A DNA stretch of 64,000 bases from an uncultured Chloroflexia bacterium (GTDB taxonomy: Bacteria; Chloroflexota; Dehalococcoidia; DSTF01; JALHUB01): NCBI GenBank assembly GCA_963703345.1, contig OY969814.1, positions 1,408,001 through 1,472,000 of the forward strand, read 5' to 3'. Of this stretch, positions 56,418 through 64,000 are shown one piece after another. The notes beneath the pieces are model-generated. The model searched no databases and was not told where the DNA came from. It worked only from the letters and a program-made list of their open reading frames with translations. The translations under genes and the position numbers were made by a program. The first letter of the stretch is position 1. The number at the start of each line of letters is the position of its first letter.

Positions 56418-56518
56418 GTCGCCGGGTCCGAGACGAGTTGCGGGGCTGCGCGGGTCATCGCTATACTTGGATGCGATGCGGCGGTAGCTCAGCGGTAGAG
56501 CTCCTGCCTTCCAAACAG
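56418..56518 (+). repeat. att-like direct repeat 2: 60-bp upstream region plus 5' half of tRNA-Gly(TCC) (56478-56518); left boundary of element B
   Basis: Copy of 37985-38085 with 2 mismatches (gcggCgg and ccaaAcag). Confidence 0.9.
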
Positions 56519-56763
56519 TTGTTCGCAAGCGCTGTCCGTCAAACTCGCGAACTCTCACCGAAAACCCCACAGTTATCGACTGTCCCATAGTGTCTTCCAG
56601 CGACACCTCGATTTCGGCAAGTGGCGTCTCATCCACGCAAACATAACTGACCCTGCTATTTGTCCGTACAATGCTGGCCCCTTGACCCTGCCCTCTCGCA
56701 GCCTTAACCTGCCACTCACTGAGGCGCCATATCCGCCATGTCGTTGCCCAGAAAGGTCAACAA

Positions 56764-57162
56764 TTGGACCGCGGCACAATAGCCCTACTCGCTATCGGGG
56801 CGGGTTTCCTGCTCTTAACGGCCTTCCTATCGAACCTCCCCCAGCTACTGCGCGGCATCTCCCGTCTCGGCGCGCTACTCGAAGACACGCTCTTCCTCGC
56901 CGACGCCCATCAATTCGAACAGGAACTTGACAATCTCTTCTCTGGGTTCGACCCCGGCACCGAGAGAGCAAACACCATCCAAACCGTGAACGCCGAGCGA
57001 AAACGCGCTGACGATGCCTTGACGGACGCTCTCCCGCCCGAATACCGCTGCCCCTACTGCTCCGGAGTCATGCGGAGGCGCACCGGAAGACACGGTCCCT
57101 TCTATGGCTGCAGCAACTACCCGCAGTGCCGTTATACCAAGGATTCACCCCTCACATCTTGA
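56764..57162 (+). CDS. Membrane-anchored protein with topoisomerase-type C4 zinc finger
   Basis: N-terminal TM helix; C-terminal CPYCSG.M.RR.GR.G.FYGCSNYP.C. Confidence 0.75.
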   Translation: MDRGTIALLAIGAGFLLLTAFLSNLPQLLRGISRLGALLEDTLFLADAHQFEQELDNLFSGFDPGTERANTIQTVNAERKRADDALTDALPPEYRCPYCSGVMRRRTGRHGPFYGCSNYPQCRYTKDSPLTS

Positions 57163-57163
57163 A

Positions 57164-58399
57164 ATGAGAGAGAAATACCAACGCCGCCTTGCCGAACTCC
57201 GCGACTTGCTCTCCCAACTTCACACGGAGCGCGTGCAATTTGATGCCTACGTGGCCCAGGCCCGGAGGGGATTCCAGGCTTATCTATCTGACCAAAAGCT
57301 AGATTTGCACGCGTCCCGCCAGCTACTGACGTCCCACGAAAAGCAATTCCGCGACAAACAGGAAGCCGTTGAGAAACGGCTTCGCGCGAGAGAAGACGCC
57401 CTTGAGCAACTCACCCAACAGAAGACAGAAGGCTTCCCCTGGCTAGCCCAAGCGTATGCCGAGTTTCTCCGCTTGCAGGATAAGAAAGACGAATCATCCT
57501 TGAGAACCAAAACACGCCCGGCCATCAAGGCTGCGGACACCCTTAGGGAAGCATCACGGGCAAAGCGAACGGCTGAGAAGAAGGCAAAGGTCCTCGAGTA
57601 TGTACTCAGATACTACGAAGCACTCTTCCCTTGGCTTTCCGACCTTAGAGGCGAGGACGTTGATGACCTTCTAATCGCCATCACGACGGAGAAACAGCAA
57701 GAGGCTGACACAGAAGTCGAAGACGCCGCACGGCAATGGCTCACAGAGGCAGAGTATTCCTCCTTACCGGTTGCCGAGAAATGCCAGCTTGCGCTAGACC
57801 GCTATTGGAAAGGCAGAAAGCGCCCTTGGCAGCTCGGTAGGGATTACGAGAGATATGTCGGCTTCCGCTACGAAGAGCAGGGCTTTGCAGTGTACTACCA
57901 AGGCATCGTCGAGGGGCTAGAGGATCTAGGTCGCGATCTGTTAGCCACCAAAGGCAATTGTGTAGATGTTGTTCAGTGCAAGTACTGGTCCAAAGACAAA
58001 ACGATACACGAGAAACACGTCAATCAGCTCTTTGGCACGGCGATGGCCTACCGGATAGATCATCCGGATAAAGAGGTCATTCCGGTCTTTTACACTTCCA
58101 CCTGTCTGTCGCCTAGGGCCAAGCAGTTCGCTGACATGCTCAGTGTAACGTATTTCGAGAATGCCCCTCTGTCCCCGTACCCCTGCATTAAATGCAACGT
58201 CTCACGCAAGGATGGCACGAAGATATACCATTTGCCCTTCGACCAACAGTATGACCGCACTATCATCGAACAAGAGCGACTTGAGTGCTACGTTGAGACC
58301 GTCGCAGAGGCCGAAGCTCTGGGCTTCCGCCGAGCATTCCGCTGGAGGGGTGGACAGACTACTGCTGGATCTTCCGAGGCACCAAACCCTGGCCACTGA
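57164..58399 (+). CDS. Mrr-like restriction endonuclease with N-terminal coiled coil and C-terminal Cys/His domain
   Basis: YERYVG...G...D.G.DL......VVQCK (PD-QxK) and IKCN...KIYHLP.DQQYD...EAEA.GFRRA; ATG 1 nt after the upstream stop. Confidence 0.78.
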   Translation: MREKYQRRLAELRDLLSQLHTERVQFDAYVAQARRGFQAYLSDQKLDLHASRQLLTSHEKQFRDKQEAVEKRLRAREDALEQLTQQKTEGFPWLAQAYAEFLRLQDKKDESSLRTKTRPAIKAADTLREASRAKRTAEKKAKVLEYVLRYYEALFPWLSDLRGEDVDDLLIAITTEKQQEADTEVEDAARQWLTEAEYSSLPVAEKCQLALDRYWKGRKRPWQLGRDYERYVGFRYEEQGFAVYYQGIVEGLEDLGRDLLATKGNCVDVVQCKYWSKDKTIHEKHVNQLFGTAMAYRIDHPDKEVIPVFYTSTCLSPRAKQFADMLSVTYFENAPLSPYPCIKCNVSRKDGTKIYHLPFDQQYDRTIIEQERLECYVETVAEAEALGFRRAFRWRGGQTTAGSSEAPNPGH

Positions 58400-58411
58400 G
58401 CCTCTAAGGGG

Positions 58412-58536
58412 CCGTCGCAGAAATCGCTCCGGCCCGTGAACTGCAGCTTCGGTTCCCGCACCCGCACGTCAAGGGTCCCGATGGCTGCGCCACGCGCTTC
58501 ACGCGCCCTTGACCCGCTACCCAGTTACCCCTACCC
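58412..58536 (+). repeat. Conserved non-coding element module, copy B (GTCAAGGG...CCCTTGAC hairpin; candidate single-strand origin and promoter)
   Basis: Inverted repeat gtcaaggg (58468-58475) / cccttgac (58506-58513), TTGACC-17-TACCCT, homologous to 39035-39169. Confidence 0.65.
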
Positions 58537-58647
58537 TCAGGTAAGTGAACATCCGCCACCAGAGCCCGCGCGAGTACGCTGCCACAACGCGAGCTCAACA
58601 AGAAACCGCCGCCTCATCTATCTGAAGAAGAGGGGTACACTACACGC

Positions 58648-59238
58648 GTGTCTGGCGATAGTACCGACGACCTCAGGCCAACTATTAAGGTCACAGCCGT
58701 CATACTCCTGGAGGTCCTGGGATCCGTTCTGCTGGCAGTCGCAGCTCCATGGAAGCAACATCGCCAACTGATCGTAGTCGGAACCTTCGACCAGCTACTT
58801 GGGGTATTCCTTCTTGCATGGCCTGACCTGGAAAACCAAGCTCTCAGGGCATTTACGGTAAGCCGCCGCGCCTGGGCCAATTTCGTACGTTGGTACCCGA
58901 CAGCTTGGCGACGAGCACGAGAGGAAGTCAAATGGTGGTTCCGGCAACGCGCTGAGACGGCGGCCAACTGGTATCGCCAGCTCAGAGGCCGGCCACGATC
59001 AATGACCGTCAGACTTCCGCCAGCGACGCTTCACCTTAGCGCTGGCGTATCTGCCACGTTAACACGCGGCGGAACAATAGCTGATAGGCTCCAACGCCTC
59101 GAAAACGACGTCGCCCGACTCCCAGCTCAATGGCGAAATGACATGATCAATCTGCGCGATAGGCGCGTCCAACTCCGCTGGTATGGAGTGCCATTAATCC
59201 TGACCGGGGTCGTTCTTCTCAGTTGGGCGACCTGGTAG
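58648..59238 (+). CDS. Hypothetical membrane protein (second cargo slot)
   Basis: Two N-terminal and one C-terminal hydrophobic segments; converges on and overlaps the rep stop by 20 nt. Confidence 0.55.
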   Translation: MSGDSTDDLRPTIKVTAVILLEVLGSVLLAVAAPWKQHRQLIVVGTFDQLLGVFLLAWPDLENQALRAFTVSRRAWANFVRWYPTAWRRAREEVKWWFRQRAETAANWYRQLRGRPRSMTVRLPPATLHLSAGVSATLTRGGTIADRLQRLENDVARLPAQWRNDMINLRDRRVQLRWYGVPLILTGVVLLSWATW

Positions 59239-60250
59239 CCCAGCTTCGTACAGCGGGCACCTTGCCAGGCTCGGCTTCCCGTCCTTTAGCCGCGCCTTCT
59301 AGCATCGTCCGGTGCTTAGATTTCAATCTTGACTCACCGCTCTTCACCGTTTCCAGCAAGAAGCCAATGTCGCCCCCATCGTCCTTAACGATCATAGCCG
59401 CAGTGGGACCACACGTAGTCTTAAACCACTTTCGCCTCTGTTCGAGAGTCGGCAAAGGTTTCGGAGCATACACCCCCTGTTCTTTCTCAGCTGAGCCTAC
59501 CAGTGCCTCGAACCAGCCCAAGCGTGGGCAGCGCCTCGGCTTCTCATCAACTGTCCGATCCACGAACTCGACCATCTGCAGCAGCCGTTCTGCCCACACC
59601 TTTCCCCAACGCTCAAGAACGAGCCTCTTCAGCATTCTTTCCGCTGCGTCGTCACGTACTTGGAGCTCCCATCTCGTAGCCGGAATGAGCCCTCCGCTTT
59701 GCTCGTCCTTGTCATAGACTCGCAACTTCTGCCTTGAGCCCTTGCCCCCTCCATATACGGTCATCCCGCCATGAAGCGTTTCGTCACGAGTCCAGTTCCC
59801 TTCGAGGATGTGTGACGACCAGTCTCCCCTATCCAGTGCTTCCCATACGTCCTTGGCTCGAACAATCTTGTTGAAGTCGTCCGCTGCCAAGTCGATTCGC
59901 GAGGCCTTCGCCCCTTTTGCGTCGAGCCACCCTAGAAGACCGCGCATCTGCGCTTCCTCCATCGACTGGCAGATATCGCCCTTTAGCTGCACATGGATTT
60001 CCGGCCTGTGTGCCGACCACATGATGGCCGCGCCACCAGGCGCGATTCTCTGATTCTCATAGTAGGAATTCCCCCGCTCAGCTGTTGTGAAATCGAACCC
60101 GATGTATCCTGACACCACCCTCTCGACTTCCCGCAGCTCCACTTCCCAGAGGCTGGGCTCGAGCCAATCAACAGAGAACACCAATGGATTTTCTGCCCCC
60201 CTGTTAGTACGCTGGGGGCAGCTGGCCGCGTCGCGATCAGCTTCGCTCAT
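59219..60250 (-). CDS. Rep_trans / MOBT-family rolling-circle initiator-relaxase
   Basis: VDWL, L.G..C, SRIDLAADD, G.TVY.G..GS...LRVYDK and TRWELQ motifs. Confidence 0.82.
   Translation of the reverse strand: MSEADRDAASCPQRTNRGAENPLVFSVDWLEPSLWEVELREVERVVSGYIGFDFTTAERGNSYYENQRIAPGGAAIMWSAHRPEIHVQLKGDICQSMEEAQMRGLLGWLDAKGAKASRIDLAADDFNKIVRAKDVWEALDRGDWSSHILEGNWTRDETLHGGMTVYGGGKGSRQKLRVYDKDEQSGGLIPATRWELQVRDDAAERMLKRLVLERWGKVWAERLLQMVEFVDRTVDEKPRRCPRLGWFEALVGSAEKEQGVYAPKPLPTLEQRRKWFKTTCGPTAAMIVKDDGGDIGFLLETVKSGESRLKSKHRTMLEGAAKGREAEPGKVPAVRSWATRSPN
60193..60221 (-). promoter_or_regulatory. Candidate nick site hairpin (dso/oriT): CTGCCCCC-AGCGTACTAACAG-GGGGGCAG
   Basis: 8-bp GC stem with CTAA in the loop, inside the 5' end of the initiator gene; resembles ICEBs1/Tn916 CCCCC...CTAACAGGGGGG nic hairpins. 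Confidence 0.72.
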
Positions 60251-60489
60251 CGCTTCCGCCGCCTTGCTTTCACGGACGCCAATGCTAGGCGCGCGAAATG
60301 CGCCTTGCGCGCCGCCTCGGCGCGCAAAGCGCGTTCGTTCGCCGGGAGCTTGCCCTCTGGGTCAATCAGGCGCTCGAAGCGCGATTCGAAGGCCGCTCGT
60401 GCGGGAGCAGTCGCTGCCGCCCTATCTCCCGTACCAGCCCACCGAGTGTATGACGCTATTCGCGCTCTGAGACTCACTTCGCCGCTCAT
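60247..60489 (-). CDS. Small basic helical protein (80 aa) of the element
   Basis: MSGEVSLRARIASYTRWA..DRAAATAPARAAF..RFE..IDP.G.L...ERA.RAEAARKAHF..LA..S.KARR; ATGA overlap with rep. Confidence 0.72.
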   Translation of the reverse strand: MSGEVSLRARIASYTRWAGTGDRAAATAPARAAFESRFERLIDPEGKLPANERALRAEAARKAHFARLALASVKARRRKR

Positions 60490-60588
60490 CGTCCAACCAG
60501 CCCACAAACCCAATCGGCCACCTTCGACATGCATCGAAGATAGCCGACGCCCTGACCTAGCGGCGCATCGAAAACGCCCGTTATTCGA

Positions 60589-61176
60589 TCAGACCTGTTT
60601 TACGCTCGCCACCCCCTCTGCCAACTCCTGAGGCAAACCGTTCAAGCAGTATGGGCAGTACTTTGACTCGTGTGCTCTTTTCCCCCGCGCCGCTCCCGCC
60701 CTCGCCTTCACACGCTCATCCATCTCTCCCCAAGTATCTACGACTCGCCTGATCCACTTGATATTGCACGCCTTCAGCATCGTCACAATCAGGTCGTAAT
60801 CAGTCACCCCCTCTTTCTCACGAAGATGAGCAATTAGCATGTCCACCCCCGACCCCTTCCTCCTGCCGGACCGCACCGGTCCTGCTTCCGCGATCGAGGC
60901 CAACAACTCTTCTTCCCGCCCCTTCGCTTTGGCCCAATTCGATACTATCTCCCATTCTCCGTTCTCGTTGAGCCCCGCCACCAGGAAATTCCCCGATACG
61001 CTCGCCACCCAAAGCGAGAATCGCCATAGAGGCAGCGCTTGAATCTCCTCCAACGTGAACTCTGTCGGCTCCTCAAGCGACAGCGTCTTGTTGAAGTATT
61101 TCTTACTCTGAATCGGCAGGAGTTTCCGCCTCAGCTGAATCCGGTAGCGAATGAACAGGCCGTCCGACCTAGTCAC
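60589..61176 (-). CDS. Hypothetical element protein with C-terminal CPYC
   Basis: GTGA overlap with the integrase stop; same strand as the element core. Confidence 0.6.
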   Translation of the reverse strand: MTRSDGLFIRYRIQLRRKLLPIQSKKYFNKTLSLEEPTEFTLEEIQALPLWRFSLWVASVSGNFLVAGLNENGEWEIVSNWAKAKGREEELLASIAEAGPVRSGRRKGSGVDMLIAHLREKEGVTDYDLIVTMLKACNIKWIRRVVDTWGEMDERVKARAGAARGKRAHESKYCPYCLNGLPQELAEGVASVKQV

Positions 61177-62120
61177 AGCCTGTCTCCTAAGCCTAGACGT
61201 CGATGCGCCGCTTGAGCCCGCTCGTCAGCTGTCGAAGCTGCGTACCGCTGAACCATCGTTCGCGAGCGCCAGCCAGTGAGACGCATTAGGTCGCCCTCCG
61301 TACCGCCCTGCGAGAGCCAATCATGGGCGAACGTATGCCGCAACTGATGAGGGTGAATGTCACCCAATCCAGCCTGCCGGCCACGCTGCTTTATCATCTG
61401 GTAAATGCCCGTGTCGCCAAACTGACCCTTATGACCCACCCATAGCCAAGGTGATGACGCTGAAGGATGCTGCTTGCGCTTCCTCAGATAACGGTCAAGG
61501 GCCTTCACAGCCTTCGCTCCGATAGGTAGCACCCGCTCCCGTCGCCCCTTCCCAAGAACCCGGATCAAGCCCCTATCTAGGTCAACGTCGCTATTCTCCT
61601 CATCTTTGGCGTTGTACCGCAAACCGCCAATTTCCGCTCGACGCGCACCGGTGTCGATGAAAATGCGCAGTATCGCCGTGTCGCGCCGGTCCTCCAAACT
61701 GCCGCCCTTTTCACACGTTGCCAGCAGCGCTTTCAACTCCTCCTCGCGCAGCACAGGCGGAGGGTTCTCAGGGACCCGAGGCGGCTTCATCTTTGCCATC
61801 GGTGACTCCCTAACCTCGCCCTCTTCATCCAGCCACTTGAAGAACGATTGTAGTCCGCGATATCGATTGTTCGCTGTCGCAGGCTTCCACCGCTCCAACA
61901 AGTAGGCAATGAAACTCTCAACATGCTCTCGCCGAATCTTCGCTACCTCTTGCGGCATTCCCTGATCAGCTAGGAATCCGGCCAACTGCCGCGCGCTCTC
62001 CAGGTACGTGTCAATCGTCCTTGCAGACAGATTCTCCGCCCGTAGATGGCGCCCAAAGCTCTCGATGTTACCTACGATATCGCCCTGTGCTATACTTCTT
62101 GCGGCTATGGACTCGCGCAT
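61173..62120 (-). CDS. Tyrosine integrase of element B
   Basis: SAM-like N-terminal domain, TGARRAE, VLGKG, HQLRH and LTGW...MVQRY; adjacent to the intact tRNA. Confidence 0.92.
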   Translation of the reverse strand: MRESIAARSIAQGDIVGNIESFGRHLRAENLSARTIDTYLESARQLAGFLADQGMPQEVAKIRREHVESFIAYLLERWKPATANNRYRGLQSFFKWLDEEGEVRESPMAKMKPPRVPENPPPVLREEELKALLATCEKGGSLEDRRDTAILRIFIDTGARRAEIGGLRYNAKDEENSDVDLDRGLIRVLGKGRRERVLPIGAKAVKALDRYLRKRKQHPSASSPWLWVGHKGQFGDTGIYQMIKQRGRQAGLGDIHPHQLRHTFAHDWLSQGGTEGDLMRLTGWRSRTMVQRYAASTADERAQAAHRRLGLGDRL

Positions 62121-62156
62121 CTGCCACTCCTATCGCTAGCTCTCGCACTTGCGCTA

Positions 62157-62186
62157 GTTATAGGGTATTCGAGCGGTGTTCGTCAA
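62157..62186 (-). promoter_or_regulatory. Putative integrase promoter
   Basis: TTGACG-18-TATAAC on the minus strand, AGGAG SD before ATG 62120. Confidence 0.5.
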
Positions 62187-62226
62187 GAGGAAATCAGTTA
62201 GAGACTGTAGCCAGCTTCGAAAGCGA

Positions 62227-62301
62227 GCGGGGGTAGCTCAGCGGTAGAGCTCCTGCCTTCCAAGCAGGATGTCGCGGGTTCGAACCCCGTCCCCCGCTCC
62301 A
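62227..62301 (+). tRNA. tRNA-Gly(TCC), intact (right att site)
   Basis: GCGGGGG/CCCCCGC acceptor stem, anticodon arm CCTG-CCTTCCAAG-CAGG, GTTCGAAC T-loop, encoded CCA. Confidence 0.96.
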
Positions 62302-62315
62302 ATTCGCCAGATACG

Positions 62316-62343
62316 AAGCCGAGCGAATCGCCCGGCTTTCTTG
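62316..62343 (+). terminator. Possible intrinsic terminator or processing hairpin after tRNA-Gly
   Basis: AAGCCG...CGGCTT stem followed by TCTT. Confidence 0.35.
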
Positions 62344-62353
62344 ATGGAGTAGC

Positions 62354-64000
62354 ATGAGCGCAGCCCAAGTCAATGCCACCGAGGGCGAGGCCGTCCGAAA
62401 GAACATCCGCAACATCGCGATCATCTCCCACGTCGACCACGGCAAGACTACGCTGGTCGACGCAATGCTGCGGCAGACCGGCGTCTTCCGCGAGAACCAG
62501 GAGGTCGTCGATCGGGTGATGGACTCGAGCGACCTCGAACGCGAGAAGGGGATCACGATTCTGGCCAAGAACACGTCGGTGCGGTTTGGCCGGTACAAGA
62601 TCAACATCGTCGATACGCCCGGACATGCCGACTTCGGGGGTGAGGTGGAGCGCACGCTGAAGATGGTGGACGGCGTGCTGCTGCTGGTCGACGCCAGTGA
62701 AGGGCCGCTGCCGCAGACGCGCTTCGTGCTGAAGAAGGCGCTGGAACTGGGACTGCCGCCGATCGTCGTGATCAACAAGATCGACCGGAAGGACGCGCGG
62801 CCGCAGGAGGTGCTGGACGAAATCTACGACCTCTTCATCGACCTCGACGCGCACGAGTCCCAGCTCGATTTTCCTGTGCTGTACACGATCGCGCGCGGCG
62901 GCGTCTGCCGACTGACGCCCGACGGCGAAGACCATCGCCTCGAGCCGCTGTTCAAGGAGATCATCCGGTCGATTCCGGCGCCGCGCTATCAGCCGTCGAT
63001 GCCGCTGCAGATGCTGGTGCTGAATCTCGATTACTCGGATTTTGTCGGACGCCTGGCGGTGGGACGTGTCGTCAACGGGCGCCTGCGCGCGAAGCAGGAC
63101 GTGGCGCTTGTGCGCGAGGGCGGCAGCATCGATCGCGCCCGGGTAACCTATCTGTACACATTTGAGGGGCTGGAGCGCGTGGAAGTGACCCAGGCAGGGC
63201 CGGGAGAGATCGTGCAACTGGCGGGATTCGACGAGGTGAACATCGGGGACACGATCACTGACGCAGATGACCCGCGGGCGCTTCCGCGTGTGATTATCGA
63301 CGAGCCGACCGTGAGCATGATGTTTTCGATCAACACGTCGCCCTTCGCGGGTCAGGAGGGACGGTTCGTAACGTCGCGAAACCTGAAGGACAGGCTGGAG
63401 CGGGAGGTGCTCACGAACGTGGCGCTGCGCGTCGAGCCGGGCGACTCGGCGGATAACTTCAAGGTGTCGGGCCGCGGTGAGTTGCAGATGGCGATCTTAA
63501 TCGAGACGATGCGGCGCGAAGGGTTTGAGCTGTCGGCCAGCAAGCCGCAGGTGATAACCCGCGAAATCGATGGCGTAGTGCACGAGCCCATGGAGCACCT
63601 GGTGATCGACTGCCCGGATGAGTACGTGGGTATCGTGTCGCAGAAGATCGCCATCCGCAAGGGGCGCATGACGAACATGGTGAACCACGGCACGGGCCGG
63701 GTAAGGCTGGAGTTCCGCATCCCATCGCGAGGACTCATCGGCTTCCGCAGCCAGTTCCTGACGGACACGCGTGGCACCGGTCTACTGAACCACCTGTTTG
63801 ACGGGTATAAGCCATGGCAGGGAGACATCGAGCATCGCACGAACGGCGCGCTGGTGGCGGATCGCACGGGCGCGGTGATGGCGTACGCTATGGAGCAGGC
63901 GCAGGAGCGCGGGGAGATCTTCGTCGAGCGGGGGGAGCGCGTGTACGAGGGGATGATCATTGGGGAGAACGCGCGTGAGAGGGATATCAACCTCAACATC
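62354..64000 (+). CDS. typA: Translational GTPase TypA/BipA, runs off the window edge
   Basis: Manually translated: [72 protein letters not shown]. Confidence 0.95.
   Translation, partial: MSAAQVNATEGEAVRKNIRNIAIISHVDHGKTTLVDAMLRQTGVFRENQEVVDRVMDSSDLEREKGITILAKNTSVRFGRYKINIVDTPGHADFGGEVERTLKMVDGVLLLVDASEGPLPQTRFVLKKALELGLPPIVVINKIDRKDARPQEVLDEIYDLFIDLDAHESQLDFPVLYTIARGGVCRLTPDGEDHRLEPLFKEIIRSIPAPRYQPSMPLQMLVLNLDYSDFVGRLAVGRVVNGRLRAKQDVALVREGGSIDRARVTYLYTFEGLERVEVTQAGPGEIVQLAGFDEVNIGDTITDADDPRALPRVIIDEPTVSMMFSINTSPFAGQEGRFVTSRNLKDRLEREVLTNVALRVEPGDSADNFKVSGRGELQMAILIETMRREGFELSASKPQVITREIDGVVHEPMEHLVIDCPDEYVGIVSQKIAIRKGRMTNMVNHGTGRVRLEFRIPSRGLIGFRSQFLTDTRGTGLLNHLFDGYKPWQGDIEHRTNGALVADRTGAVMAYAMEQAQERGEIFVERGERVYEGMIIGENARERDINLNI

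Larger units (their letters stand above)
56478..62267. mobile_element. Element B: ~5.7-kb integrative element (tyrosine integrase + Rep_trans/MOBT initiator + cargo) in tRNA-Gly(TCC)
   Basis: tRNA 5'-half direct repeats at both ends, integrase next to the intact tRNA, initiator with nick hairpin, visibly lower GC than flanks (by eye). Confidence 0.85.

Noticed and set aside
56165-56458. 97-aa minus-strand ORF starting inside the direct repeat
   Set aside because: Its start overlaps the tRNA promoter repeat, it has no family motifs, and the same start in the other repeat copy gives an unrelated short peptide.
56478-62267. Element B as an inovirus or prophage
   Set aside because: No Zot/pI ATPase, no run of small coat-like ORFs, and no capsid, terminase or tail genes.

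Overview
High-GC bacterial chromosome segment. Gene content and a C-terminal PVGG-type anchor suggest Chloroflexota/Dehalococcoidia (inference). Positions 1-37.9 kb are mostly core genes: pncBA, xseBA, efp, an M24 peptidase, aroQ, xerC-topA-dprA, glmU, alaS-ruvX-mltG-aroE-aroC-aroKB, tRNA-Val, T-box-thrS, a biotin carboxylase pair, an acyl-CoA dehydrogenase and two tandem OatA-like acyltransferases that appear to start with CTG. Positions 38.0-62.3 kb form a compound island at tRNA-Gly(TCC). The intact tRNA is at 62227-62301, and two copies of its 5' half, each with an identical 60-bp upstream region, lie at 37985-38085 and 56418-56518. The right unit (56.5-62.2 kb) is a compact ~5.7-kb element. 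It carries a tyrosine integrase, two small ORFs, a Rep_trans/MOBT-type initiator with an ICEBs1/Tn916-like CTAA nick hairpin inside its 5' end, and defence-like cargo (TM-zinc-finger protein, Mrr-like nuclease, membrane protein). The left end of the left unit (38.1-39.3 kb) looks like a decayed sister element. It has the same ~85-bp non-coding hairpin/promoter module but different cargo (frameshifted HEPN-motif gene, truncated ORF). This suggests a family of minimal rolling-circle integrative elements with two swappable cargo slots. Other oddities are a synonymously recoded duplicate of the dprA 3' end flanking a REP-like module that also sits in the thrS T-box leader, and a compositionally foreign patch inside alaS. 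typA runs off the right edge.
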